From: an uncultured cyanobacterium
Lineage (GTDB): Bacteria > Cyanobacteriota > Cyanobacteriia > PCC-6307 > Cyanobiaceae
Assembly: GCA_963765575.1 (NCBI GenBank)
Contig: CAVXWZ010000011.1
Coordinates: 704,001-768,000, forward strand
Direction: 5' to 3'
DNA: 64,000 nucleotides
Position 1 is the first letter of the stretch. Each line of letters begins with the position of its first letter. This document shows positions 10,439 through 20,014 of this stretch, one piece after another. Both the position numbers and the translations under genes were made by a program. Under the pieces are notes generated by a model, which was not told where the DNA came from, did no database searches, and saw only the letters and a program-made list of their open reading frames with translations.

Positions 10439-12652
10439 GTGGACCAGCGTGATTTCCCGGCGTCGATCCAGCCGCGGGCACTGGACCTGCTGGCGCAGCT
10501 GAGCACGGCCGAAAAACTGGCCATGTTGTCGGGCGAGACGCCCTTCTGGGCGGGGCTGATCGACATCGCCACCCGCGACGCCTCCCACCGCCATCCCTGG
10601 CCCGCCGCTGCTCTGCCTCGCCTTGGCCTGCCGGGCCTGCGCTTCGTCGATGGCCCCAGGGGGGTGTGCCTGGAGGGAGGGGCCACCACCTTCCCGGTGC
10701 CGATCGCCCGCGGCGCCTGCTGGGATCCGCAGCTGGAGGAGCGCATCGGCGAGGCCATCGCCAGGGAGGCGCGCTCCTTCGGTGCCAACTGGGTGGCCGC
10801 GGTGTGCGTGAACCTGCTGCGCCACCCCGGCTGGGGCAGGGCCCAGGAGACCTACGGCGAGGATCCCGTGCACGTGGGGGCGCTCGGGGCGGCGATGACC
10901 CTCGGCCTGCAGCGCCACGCACTCGCCTGCGTCAAGCACTTCGCCCTCAACTCGATCGACAGCTCCCGTTTCCTGGTGGATGTGCGGGCCACCGCGCGGG
11001 TGCTGCAGGAGCTCTATCTGCCCCAGTTCCGCGACTGTGTGGAGGCCGGCGCGGCTTCGGTGATGAGTGCCTACAACCGGGTGAATGGCATCTGGTGCGG
11101 TGAGCATCCCCAGCTGCTGAACGGCATCCTCAAGGGCCGCTGGGGCTTCGAGGGGTTCGTGGTCACCGATTTCATCTTCGGGGTGCGTGACGGCGTTGCC
11201 GCCCTGCTGGCGGGGCAGGACCTGGAGATGCCCTTCCCGATGGTGTTCGCGGGTGTGCTCGAGGAGGCGCTGGCGGATGGCCGCCTGCCGATGGCCCGGG
11301 TGGACGACGCCGTGCTGCGCTTGCTGCGGGCGCAACTGGCCCTGCAGGCGGGCGAGGATTCCTCCTCGCTCCGCCAGCGCCGCGAGTCCGGTCCCGCACG
11401 GATCAGCGGGCACCGCGAGCTGGCACGTGAGGCCGCCACCAAGGCGATCGTGCTGCTGCGCAACGAGGGGGGGGCGCTCCCCTTCAGCGGCCTGCGCTCC
11501 CTGGCTGTGGTGGGGCGGCTGGCGGCGGTGGCCAATCTGGGCGATCGCGGCTCCTCCGACACGCGTCCGCTTCCGGGTTCGGTGGTGACTCCTCTGGCGG
11601 GCCTGCGTGCTGCCGCCCCCCAGCTGGAGATCCGTCAGGGCAGGGGTGACGATCCGCCGGCCGCCGCCGCGGCCGCCGCCGGCTGTGACGCGGCCGTCGT
11701 GGTGGTGGGACTGGACTGGCGCCTGGAAGGGGAGCACATCCATCCGGGCGACATCGCCCCGATCCTGCGCCACATACCCCCACCCGACTGGCTGCGGCGC
11801 CGGGGCGGGCGCCACCTCTGGAAGCCGGTGGCTGAGCTCATCGCCTGGATCACCAGCCATGCCTCGCCGCGCCAGGGGGGCGACTTCGGCTCCGGAGATC
11901 GCACTGATCTGCGTCTGCCGGCTCGCCAGGTGGCCCTGATCCGGGCGGTGGCGGCCGCCAACCCCCGCACGGTGGTGGTGCTGATGGGAGGCGGCGGCGT
12001 GCTGATGGAGGAATGGCGGCAGGCGGTGCCGGGGATCCTGCTGCTCTGGTATCCGGGAGAGCAGGGCGGGCATGCCCTGGCCGACGTGCTTCTCGGCCGG
12101 GTGTCACCATCGGGGCGGCTGCCCTTCAGCCTGCCCACCAGCACGGACCATCTGCCCCCGTTCCATCCCCGGGCGCTGCAGGTCACCTATGACCTCTGGC
12201 ACGGCTATCGGCGCCTGGGGCGCGAGGGCCATCGCGCCGCCTATCCCTTCGGTTTCGGTCTCTCCTACAGCCGGATCGAGATCTCCGATGTGGCGGCGAC
12301 GGAGCCCCCCGCGGTCGCAGACCCTGCCCAGGCGATGGAGGTGAGCGTGGCTGTGCGCAACCACGGGCCGATGGGGGCCGCCGAGGTGGTGCAGGTCTAC
12401 CTGGAGGCACCCGGGCTGCGGGTCGAGCGTCCGTCGCGCACGTTGGTGGGTTTCCAGCGCCTGGAGCTGGCCGCCGGAGACTGCCGCCGCCTCACGCTGG
12501 CGATCCCGCTGCGGCGGCTGGCCTGCTTCGATGAGACCCGTGACGGCTTCATGCTCGAACCCGGTGATCACCGCCTGGTGGTGGCCCGCCATGCCGAGGA
12601 TCCGGGACTGGCGGTGACGCTGCGGCTGGAGGAGCGCTGGCTTGGGCCCTGA
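10439..12652 (+). CDS. Glycoside hydrolase family 3 beta-glucosidase
   Basis: DGPRG, WGRAQETYGEDP, CVKHFALN, VMSAYN, VVTDF, YPFGFGLSY, Fn3-like C-terminus. Confidence 0.93.
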   Translation: MDQRDFPASIQPRALDLLAQLSTAEKLAMLSGETPFWAGLIDIATRDASHRHPWPAAALPRLGLPGLRFVDGPRGVCLEGGATTFPVPIARGACWDPQLEERIGEAIAREARSFGANWVAAVCVNLLRHPGWGRAQETYGEDPVHVGALGAAMTLGLQRHALACVKHFALNSIDSSRFLVDVRATARVLQELYLPQFRDCVEAGAASVMSAYNRVNGIWCGEHPQLLNGILKGRWGFEGFVVTDFIFGVRDGVAALLAGQDLEMPFPMVFAGVLEEALADGRLPMARVDDAVLRLLRAQLALQAGEDSSSLRQRRESGPARISGHRELAREAATKAIVLLRNEGGALPFSGLRSLAVVGRLAAVANLGDRGSSDTRPLPGSVVTPLAGLRAAAPQLEIRQGRGDDPPAAAAAAAGCDAAVVVVGLDWRLEGEHIHPGDIAPILRHIPPPDWLRRRGGRHLWKPVAELIAWITSHASPRQGGDFGSGDRTDLRLPARQVALIRAVAAANPRTVVVLMGGGGVLMEEWRQAVPGILLLWYPGEQGGHALADVLLGRVSPSGRLPFSLPTSTDHLPPFHPRALQVTYDLWHGYRRLGREGHRAAYPFGFGLSYSRIEISDVAATEPPAVADPAQAMEVSVAVRNHGPMGAAEVVQVYLEAPGLRVERPSRTLVGFQRLELAAGDCRRLTLAIPLRRLACFDETRDGFMLEPGDHRLVVARHAEDPGLAVTLRLEERWLGP

Positions 12653-13186
12653 TCAGCTCCTAGCCTTCATCAGGCTCAGCACCAGACGTAGCCGCAGTCG
12701 GTTGTAGCGCTGCAAGAGCAGGCAGGGCAGATTGAAGAGGGTGGAGAAGATCAGGTTGATCAGCACCCCTGCCGGTGGCAGCCACAGGGCTGTGGCCATC
12801 CAGGCGGGCCACAGGGCCCAGTGCACCAGCTCGGCGCGCCGGGTCTCGAGCAACAGACGCTGCAGGGCCAGTGGATCCCGCCGCGCCAGGCTGGCCTTGC
12901 TCACGCCACCGGGCAACGCCGCGCCGGCATCCGGAATCCAGGGTTTCCAGCGCCTGATCCCCAGACGGCTCTGATAGCGGCGCAGCGCCCGTTGCAGCGC
13001 TTGTGCTGGCTGGGTGCCCCCTGACTGACCCAGGAGTCGCTTGGGCTGCCGTTCCAGCAGCTGATCGGGCAGGTGGTTGGCGACCGACCCCACCAGCAGC
13101 GACCAGAGCAGCCACAGGGCGGCGCATCCCAGCACCGCGGACAGCCAGCTCGGAAGCCAGTCCACAAGCCGGGCAGGCAAGGCCAT
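12653..13186 (-). CDS. CrtO-like (glycosyl-4,4'-diaponeurosporenoate acyltransferase family) protein
   Basis: LGIRRWKPWIPD, ETRRAELVHW, NLPCLLLQRYNRLRL; ATG 13186 overlaps the upstream GT2 stop (TGATG). Confidence 0.75.
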   Translation of the reverse strand: MALPARLVDWLPSWLSAVLGCAALWLLWSLLVGSVANHLPDQLLERQPKRLLGQSGGTQPAQALQRALRRYQSRLGIRRWKPWIPDAGAALPGGVSKASLARRDPLALQRLLLETRRAELVHWALWPAWMATALWLPPAGVLINLIFSTLFNLPCLLLQRYNRLRLRLVLSLMKARS

Positions 13187-14280
13187 CAGCGGGTCCTGAA
13201 GGTGCGGCCCTTCCAGCGCACCTGCCCACGCTTGAGGTTGCGGATCGCCTGCAGGAACACCCCCAGGAAAAACAGCACCGGGATCGGAAACAGCAGGTTG
13301 ATCCAGCGGAAGCGTCCGATCCGGCGGGTGATCAGCAGCAACTGCAGGGCGAAAGCCGCATAGATCACAGCGTTGGCAAGGGGACGAGGGTCCCCCATCA
13401 GCGGCCAGCCCAGCAGCGAGGCCGGTAGACACCAGGCCGCCCAGAACAGTCCCGAGAGCCACATCAGCACTCCCAGCATCCAGGGCCAGCGCACCTCGCC
13501 GGCGGCGGCGGCGAAGTTCTTGTTGAAGCCCACCACCAGATCACCCAGACCGCCCGGATACATGCGGTAGGCGAGCAGCTTGCCACCGATGTAGGCACTC
13601 ACCGGCAGCCTCGCAGCCTCGTAGCGATGGCCGAGAAACCAGTCCTCCACCACCTTGTTGGCCACGGCCTCGTGTCCACCGCTGCGCTGGTAGTCAGCCC
13701 GGCTCGTGACCATCGCCGGCCCGAAGGCCACCCCGCAGCCCGGTCCCAGGGGCACAGCCATCAGCCCGACGAGGTTGAACAGCACCGAGAGCTGCTCGTA
13801 GGACTTCACCGTGCGGTGGTAGGGCTGCACCGACACCAGGCCTCCCAGGTTCTGCCAGGCCGCCACCAGGCTCTGCAGGAACTCCGGGGCGGGCTGGGTG
13901 TCGGCATCGAGGAACACCAGCAACTCGGCGCGGCTGGTTTTCACCCCGTGGTGCAGGGCCCAGGTCTTGCCGCACCAGCCCGCCGGCAGTGGCGGTGGCT
14001 GGATCACCTGCACCTGGAGCCCCGGCGCGCCGCCGCGGGCAATGGCGGCGGTGTCGTCGCTGGAGTGGTCGTCAATCACGATCACCTCCAGGGGGCTCAG
14101 GGTCTGCTCCGCCAGGGCCGCCAGCAGATGGGGCAGGCTGGCGGCTTCATTGCGGGCTGGGATCAGCACCGAAACCTGCGGTTCCCCGCTTGTGGCCGTG
14201 AGGGGAAGTGCCGGCATGCGTGCCGCCAGCAGCCAGCCCAGCAGCCAGCGCACCACCACTGAGATGGTGATCAACTCCAT
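13186..14280 (-). CDS. Glycosyltransferase family 2, CrtQ-like
   Basis: VSVLIPARNE, IDDHSSD, PAGWCGKTWA, FLDAD, FGPAM, VVED, YRMYPGG, C-terminal TM helices ending VRWKGR. Confidence 0.88.
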   Translation of the reverse strand: MELITISVVVRWLLGWLLAARMPALPLTATSGEPQVSVLIPARNEAASLPHLLAALAEQTLSPLEVIVIDDHSSDDTAAIARGGAPGLQVQVIQPPPLPAGWCGKTWALHHGVKTSRAELLVFLDADTQPAPEFLQSLVAAWQNLGGLVSVQPYHRTVKSYEQLSVLFNLVGLMAVPLGPGCGVAFGPAMVTSRADYQRSGGHEAVANKVVEDWFLGHRYEAARLPVSAYIGGKLLAYRMYPGGLGDLVVGFNKNFAAAAGEVRWPWMLGVLMWLSGLFWAAWCLPASLLGWPLMGDPRPLANAVIYAAFALQLLLITRRIGRFRWINLLFPIPVLFFLGVFLQAIRNLKRGQVRWKGRTFRTR

Positions 14281-14314
14281 ACATGCCTGCCGACGGTGCT
14301 GGAGCCACTCAACG

Positions 14315-14926
14315 CTATGGCCGCAGCAGTTCCTTGGCCAGCGGCCGGACGGCGGCCGGATCGCGCAGCAGCTGGGGGTGGGTGAGCACCGGGAGCATGG
14401 TCCGGGCGCCCACGGGCAGCACCGCCCGCCAGCCGGGGAGCACCACCAGATCGAGGCCGGAGTAGAAACTGTGGCAGTCGATCCGGCGCAGGCTGTCGAG
14501 ATTGGCGTTCAGCCGGCACAGCAGCGGGCTGCCCCACTTGAGGTCGGCGATGCCCGCAAACAGCCGGCCTGGCCAGGGCTGGGCGGTGAGGGTGCCGTGC
14601 TGGGGGCTGCCCACGCTGAGGAAGCGGCGGGTGCGGCCGTGGCCGCCGCGCAGCTGGATCCAGGCGCGGGCGATCACCCCCCCCATCGAGAACCCCAGCA
14701 GATCGATGGGCTGCTCGATCCCGAAGGCCGCCTCGATGTGGCTGCCCAGGAGCGCGGCCGCCTCCAGCACCGGGGTGGCCCCCAGCCGCAGGGGCAGGGC
14801 GGGGATCAGCAGCGGCTGGCGGCGCTCCCCCAGCTCCCGCTTGAGTCGCTCGAACACGGCCGGGGTGTCGAGCAGCCCATGCACCAGAACCAGGGGTGGG
14901 CCGGAGATGGAACCGGAAATCGCCAC
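14315..14926 (-). CDS. Alpha/beta-hydrolase, lipase/esterase family
   Basis: LVHGL, GFSMG nucleophile elbow, VGSPQHGT; start uncertain (GTG 14926). Confidence 0.88.
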   Translation of the reverse strand: MAISGSISGPPLVLVHGLLDTPAVFERLKRELGERRQPLLIPALPLRLGATPVLEAAALLGSHIEAAFGIEQPIDLLGFSMGGVIARAWIQLRGGHGRTRRFLSVGSPQHGTLTAQPWPGRLFAGIADLKWGSPLLCRLNANLDSLRRIDCHSFYSGLDLVVLPGWRAVLPVGARTMLPVLTHPQLLRDPAAVRPLAKELLRP

Positions 14927-15449
14927 GGGCCGGCGGCGTGCGCCGGGGGAATGAATCTGTTCTAAGGCAGCGGGCCCTTGGCGAAGCCGGCAGCAGGGGG
15001 GCAGGTGGGGGTTCACGTGCTGAACCAGTGGGTGGCGCCGGCCTCCATCAGGGCGATCAGCCCCTCAACCAAGCGGGTGTCGGCAGCGGCGGAGTTGCCC
15101 TGGCGCCGATTCCGGCCGGTGCTGGATGGAGCCTTGGTCCGGGAGCGGCACACACGCCAGCTGAGAAACGCTCCTCACACTTCGTTACATGACGCGCCAG
15201 GCTGGATTCATCGGGCTCCGGCCCCCTGCTCCACGCCGCTCTCGTCCCATGCCCACCTCCATCCTCCTGGAAGCGTTTCTGGCCTTCTTCGCCGCCTCCA
15301 TGGGCCTCTGGCTGCTGCGCCTGTCCCGCCCCTCGCGCCCCGTGCGCTGATCCCCGGTTGCGGACCGGGTCGGCGTGCACGAAACCCCTTCCGTGCTCCG
15401 GCGAGCCGTTCCGGTAACGGACTTTCTGCTTTGTAATTCCTTTGCTGCA

Positions 15450-15992
15450 ATGACAACGTTCCTCTCCAGTTATTTTCTGAGATCCGGTTTTCTGGCCAAT
15501 GCCGGACTACTGATCCTGCGTGTGTGCCTCGGCGCGATGATGATTCACCACGGCCAGGAGAAGCTGGCCAACCCTGAATTCTTCGCGACCAACTATGTGA
15601 TACCGCTGCATCTTCCATTCCCGCTGCTGATGGCTCACCTGGCTGGCTTCGCCGAGATCTTCGGTTCTTGGTGTCTCATCCTGGGCATCTTTTCGCCCCT
15701 GGGCGCCCTTGCCCTGGCCGGAACGATGACCGTGGCGGCTTACCACCACATCCTCACCAGCGGTTTCAACATCTATGTGTTGGAGCTGGTGGTGCTCTAT
15801 CTCGGTGGCAGTACGGCCATCCTGCTGATCGGCCCGGGGCGCTTCTCCTTTGATGCCGGAATCCTCAGCGAACTTCTGATGCCCCGGCCCGCTTCTGTCG
15901 CCCCGCGCTCGGCTGTCAGGCAGGGTCCTGGCGCCCTGCGCGCCGATGCCCTGCGCGCCGATGCCTTCAGCGCTGAACAGCCCCGCCGCTGA
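15450..15992 (+). CDS. DoxX family membrane protein
   Basis: GLLILRVCLGAMMIHHGQEKL, ELVVLY, GPGRFSFD. Confidence 0.88.
   Translation: MTTFLSSYFLRSGFLANAGLLILRVCLGAMMIHHGQEKLANPEFFATNYVIPLHLPFPLLMAHLAGFAEIFGSWCLILGIFSPLGALALAGTMTVAAYHHILTSGFNIYVLELVVLYLGGSTAILLIGPGRFSFDAGILSELLMPRPASVAPRSAVRQGPGALRADALRADAFSAEQPRR
15933..15965 (+). repeat. 15-bp tandem repeat GCCCTGCGCGCCGAT x2 in the DoxX tail
   Basis: Seen directly; encodes ALRAD-ALRAD. Confidence 0.8.
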
Positions 15993-16018
15993 GCGGAGCA
16001 GCTTCCGCCTCGCTGGCT

Positions 16019-16630
16019 TCAGCTGGCGGCGAGCGCTCCAGTCAGCAGCTCCAGCTTGCGCTCCTGGCGGTCCAGGGCTCCCATGAACCAGGCCAGGGAG
16101 AGCCCCACCACCAGCATCCAGGCCAGGGACGTCCAGCCCACCACCCGCCAGGTCGATCCTCCAGTCGCAGCACGATCGTTTCCTGGCGTGGTCTTCTCAG
16201 GCTCCAGGTCCAGCACCAGCCGAAGCACCGCATCGGCAGTGGCCGGCACCTGGGCAGGATCAGCCCGCTCGTCAGGGGCCGACTTCAGCAGGGCATCGCG
16301 ACAGCGCTGCAGCCCGCCCCCGGCCCAGAACAGTCCCCAGGCCCGACGGTCCTGCTGCAGCACCACCCAGCGTTCCGGTCGGGCATCGTGGCGCACCAGT
16401 TGGCAGGCCCGGGCCAGCGACCAGGTGCGCCCCTGGGCCAGGGAGGGGTCGGCCTCGATCAGCAGGCGCCCCTGGGGGTCACGGATGAAACCGCGGGCCA
16501 ACCGCAGGTCGAACACCTCCACGATCTGCACGGCCACCCCCTGGCGGCTCGGGCGCCAGCCAGGGGCCATGAACAGCAGTGCTCCCCGGTGGCGGTGCAT
16601 GCAGTGCTCCACCTGAAGGTTGTCCGCCAT
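16019..16630 (-). CDS. Hypothetical protein with C-terminal membrane anchor
   Basis: 203-aa ORF with hydrophobic VVGWTSLAWMLVVGLSLAWFMG; start uncertain. Confidence 0.55.
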   Translation of the reverse strand: MADNLQVEHCMHRHRGALLFMAPGWRPSRQGVAVQIVEVFDLRLARGFIRDPQGRLLIEADPSLAQGRTWSLARACQLVRHDARPERWVVLQQDRRAWGLFWAGGGLQRCRDALLKSAPDERADPAQVPATADAVLRLVLDLEPEKTTPGNDRAATGGSTWRVVGWTSLAWMLVVGLSLAWFMGALDRQERKLELLTGALAAS

Positions 16631-17067
16631 AGCCCCGAAGGTGGAACGTCGTCAGCTCGCAGCCATCCTGCCCTGCCCCCACCGGTTCACGCCGCTGCGC
16701 CCCATCCATTCGCCTCGCCTGGGCTCTGGCGCGGAGCCGCGTGGGCTCAGAGCTGGGTGACTCCCACCCAGCTGGGTGCCGGCGGCCAGGCACACAGATT
16801 GGTGCCATCGGTTGCCCGCGCTGGTGATCCATAACCGCCTCTGCGCCGCGGAGTGGAAGAGCCTGATCAGAGCTTCCACCCCCAAACCCCCATGCTCCGT
16901 CTCCGTGGTGACCGCCGCAGTCTGCTGGCCGCGTTGGCGGCCGAGTGGGCTGCGCTCCAGCTGCAGCTGCCTCGTCCGAACTGCCGCTCCTCACAGTCCC
17001 TCGGCCGGCCAACTCAATCTCGGTAGGATCGCTGCTCGTTTCCGCCCCCGCGTTCGGCTTCCCCATC

Positions 17068-17316
17068 ATGATCGTGATCAAGGTGACCAATGCCTCCGAC
17101 GTGGTGGCCACCCGGATTGGTCGGTTTCTCGCTGATCTCACCCCCAGTGGGTTTGATCAGGGCAAGGTTGAAGAAGAGCTGATGAAGCAACTCGCCGAGC
17201 AGATGCGCGCCCAGGGCCTGCAGGGAGAAGTGGCGTCAGTGCAGGGCCTGGATCTTCACAACAAGATGATTTCTGTGGGCAACAAAGTGGAAGTGCGTCG
17301 CTACCGCACAATCTGA
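17068..17316 (+). CDS. Small conserved-type hypothetical protein (82 aa)
   Basis: MIVIKVTNASDVVATRIGRFLADLTPSGFDQGKVEEELMKQL...; protein-like composition. Confidence 0.75.
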   Translation: MIVIKVTNASDVVATRIGRFLADLTPSGFDQGKVEEELMKQLAEQMRAQGLQGEVASVQGLDLHNKMISVGNKVEVRRYRTI

Positions 17317-17333
17317 TCTGGTCGCCCACGGAA

Positions 17334-17765
17334 TCAGGACGGCAGCACCAGCTGGTCCCTCTCGGGATGCAGGCGCCGGAAGGCCCGATCCTCCGCCGCC
17401 CTTCGGCAGGTGAGCAGGAACAGCGACATCTCGATGCCGAACGTGGTCTCGAACAGCTCAATCGTGCGGCGGCCCTCCCCCAGGCCACAGCTGGTGATCG
17501 CCTCGCGCAGGCTTTGCCGAGGCTGGTCGGTGATGGTGTGGAACAGGCGGTTGAGGCGGAGGTTGAGCAGCGCTTCAGCCGGGGTCATGCCGCGGGCCTG
17601 ATCGAAACAGAAGTCGAGACAGTCCTCGCTGATGCCCAGATAGCCGGCCACCTGGCTGATCGTGATCGGCTCGCGGTAGTGACGGGCAAAGTAGTGAAGC
17701 GCGCGGCCCACCACCATCAGGCCGGACTGACCGGCCTCCCGACAACCTTGGGGTACGGCTCGCAT
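17334..17765 (-). CDS. Stand-alone AraC-type HTH regulator
   Basis: ALHYFARHYREPITISQVAGYLGISE...F..ARGMTP...LRL pattern. Confidence 0.75.
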   Translation of the reverse strand: MRAVPQGCREAGQSGLMVVGRALHYFARHYREPITISQVAGYLGISEDCLDFCFDQARGMTPAEALLNLRLNRLFHTITDQPRQSLREAITSCGLGEGRRTIELFETTFGIEMSLFLLTCRRAAEDRAFRRLHPERDQLVLPS

Positions 17766-18166
17766 CGCTACCTTCCTGGTGAATCCCTCGGGTGATCGCG
17801 GGGTGTAACGCTTGGGAGTCCAACTCCGGTGGCAAGCCCGGGGTCAACTCCAGCCCTGTCTTAGAGACCGTGACAGCCAGCCACTCCCACCCGCTGTGGA
17901 TTCGGCACAATTCGCACCATCTCGATCCGGCGCTGGGCACGCTCTGCAACCTTGCGCAGCAAAAGCACACGCGCGGGATGAAGTTGTTTTGATCAGGCCG
18001 GTGGCTTCTCCTGTAGGGTGAAATCGATTCAGGACCACTCTTCAGCAGGTTTCTTTCCAGCGGCGCTTTCCCTGACCCGTCCCACGGGTTGATTTCTCCA
18101 CCAGGCCAGCGACTTTCTCCAGGGCGTTCGACGAATCCATACCCCCTTCTCATTTCAGTTCATTTC

Positions 18167-18448
18167 ATGACCATTTACGTGGGCAACCTCTCCTTCGATG
18201 CCGAGGTGGAGGACCTTCAGCACCTGTTCGGTGAATACGGCTCGGTGCGCAAGTGCAGCCTGCCCCTCGATCGCGACACCGGCCGCAAGCGCGGTTTTGC
18301 CTTTGTGGAGTTCGCCGAAGAATCCGACGAACAGAAAGCCATCGACGATCTCCAGGATGTGGAGTGGATGGGCCGCATGATCCGTGTCAACAAGGCTGAG
18401 CCCCGTGGCGGCGGTGGCGGTGGCGGCGGAGCTCGCAAGAGCTGGTGA
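18167..18448 (+). CDS. rbp: RRM RNA-binding protein (cyanobacterial Rbp family)
   Basis: TIYVGNLSF (RNP2), RGFAFVEF (RNP1), Gly-rich tail. Confidence 0.95.
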   Translation: MTIYVGNLSFDAEVEDLQHLFGEYGSVRKCSLPLDRDTGRKRGFAFVEFAEESDEQKAIDDLQDVEWMGRMIRVNKAEPRGGGGGGGGARKSW

Positions 18449-18461
18449 ACCCGGAGCTCGA

Positions 18462-19403
18462 TCAGGGCTGGGGCTGTTCCCGAGCCCGAGCCCTGCTCAG
18501 CAGCGCCTGGCCACTGGGGATGCGCAGATCCGATGCCCATCCCATCTTCTCCAGCAGGCGGATGAACCGATAGGTGGGATCAGGCAGGGTCATGACCTTG
18601 CCATCCCGCACGGTCAGTCCCTGTCGTACCGAGGCCTGGAAGGCATGGTGCAGGTTGTGCCAACCCTCCCCCAGGGTGATCAGTGCCACCCAGCGGTTGT
18701 TGCGGCTTGCGTCGCCGGTCTCGAAGGGTTGCCCTCCCAGCAAATGGGCAACGGAATTCACCGTGGCCACGCCGTGGAACAGCAGCGTGGTGCTCAGGCA
18801 GTAGGCCCCCAGCCACTCCAGCCCTCCCAGCTGCCAGGACAGCCAGGCCAGGGCCAGGGGCGGCACAACATGCAGGCGGTCCATCACCCTCAGAACCGGG
18901 TCGGACTCCACATCGCTGGGAAGTTGGCGAGGGTGGAACCCCTTGCTCAGCAGCCAGCCCGCCTGGGAGTGCCAGGCGCCTCGCCAGCCGCCCACAGGCG
19001 CGAGCGGCGAATGGCTGTCGAGATCGGTGTCCACATGGCGGTGATGCTGCAGGTGGTGGGCCTTCCACCAGCTCGGACCCATCTGGCCTGAGCTGGTGGC
19101 GACCAGGGAACCCAGCCACCACACCAGCCGCGGTGCCCGATAGCTGCCATGGGTCACGAGCCGGTGATAGATGGCGGTGGTGGCCAGCATGCGCAGCAGG
19201 TAGAGGCTGAAAGCCCATAGGGCTGCCGCCGGTCCCAGGCCCGTGAACACCAGCAGCAAGCAGCCCAGATGGGCCAGGATGATGAACACCGGCCCGAGAC
19301 CGTGCAGGAACCGCCGCAAGCGAGGGATGCGGGCTTCTGGGCTCAATCTCCAGTCCCGGGAGTCGCCGGGACGTGGCAGCGTCACGGCCTTGCTGGTCGC
19401 CAT
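18462..19403 (-). CDS. Delta-9 type acyl-lipid desaturase (DesC family)
   Basis: His boxes HRLVTH, HHLQHH, GEGWHNLHH; start uncertain (ATG 19403 preferred). Confidence 0.88.
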   Translation of the reverse strand: MATSKAVTLPRPGDSRDWRLSPEARIPRLRRFLHGLGPVFIILAHLGCLLLVFTGLGPAAALWAFSLYLLRMLATTAIYHRLVTHGSYRAPRLVWWLGSLVATSSGQMGPSWWKAHHLQHHRHVDTDLDSHSPLAPVGGWRGAWHSQAGWLLSKGFHPRQLPSDVESDPVLRVMDRLHVVPPLALAWLSWQLGGLEWLGAYCLSTTLLFHGVATVNSVAHLLGGQPFETGDASRNNRWVALITLGEGWHNLHHAFQASVRQGLTVRDGKVMTLPDPTYRFIRLLEKMGWASDLRIPSGQALLSRARAREQPQP

Positions 19404-19537
19404 GCGACCGCTTTGTTGATCAGGTCGAGTTGTGGGCGTGCTGGCCGGGATCGTTGGCAACGGGCCCGCGGCGCTGCCGCCGGGGGAGGGCTGGGCCGGG
19501 GAGGGTTGAATTGAGTTCGCCAGCGGGAAACTCGACA

Positions 19538-19933
19538 ATGGTTCAGCCTAGGAGTGCAGCCGGTCCGGCGCCGGTGCTTGTGTTTGACGGCGGCTGCCCC
19601 TTCTGCCGCCGGTTTGCCGAGCTCAGCGAACTGCGCGGCGGCATTCCCGATCTGCAGATCCGCGACGGCCGCGCCGACCCTGCCCTGCGGGCGGACCTGG
19701 CGCGGCGGGGCTACCGCCTGGGCAACGGAGCCATGGTGCTGGTGGGTGAGCAGGTGCTGCACGGTGCCGCGGCGATCGAATGGATCTGCGCCCGCATGCA
19801 ACCGAGTTCCCGCTTGCTCGGCCTGCTGGCTCCGCTGCTGGCCACTCCCGCGCGCTCCCGGGGTGTCTATCCCCTGCTGTTGGCCGCCCGTCGACTGGCG
19901 CTGGGGCTCAAGGGTCTGCCGGAGGAGCCATGA
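19538..19933 (+). CDS. DCC1-like thiol-disulfide oxidoreductase (DUF393)
   Basis: VLVFDGGCPFC N-terminal DxxCxxC motif. Confidence 0.85.
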   Translation: MVQPRSAAGPAPVLVFDGGCPFCRRFAELSELRGGIPDLQIRDGRADPALRADLARRGYRLGNGAMVLVGEQVLHGAAAIEWICARMQPSSRLLGLLAPLLATPARSRGVYPLLLAARRLALGLKGLPEEP

Positions 19934-20014
19934 AAAAGGCGGTGGTCAGGCCCGAGAGCCTCGCCACCGCCTCCAAAGGCCCGTCGCACGTCATGGGCGA
20001 CGGCTCTACCGGGA

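Noticed and set aside
11541..11548. GCGATCGC (HIP1) octamers here and elsewhere (e.g. 31261)
   Set aside because: Well-known cyanobacterial repeat; enrichment could not be measured by eye.
16640..17060. Possible small ORFs or structured RNA between two hypothetical genes
   Set aside because: No frame with convincing composition and no RNA motif I could recognise.
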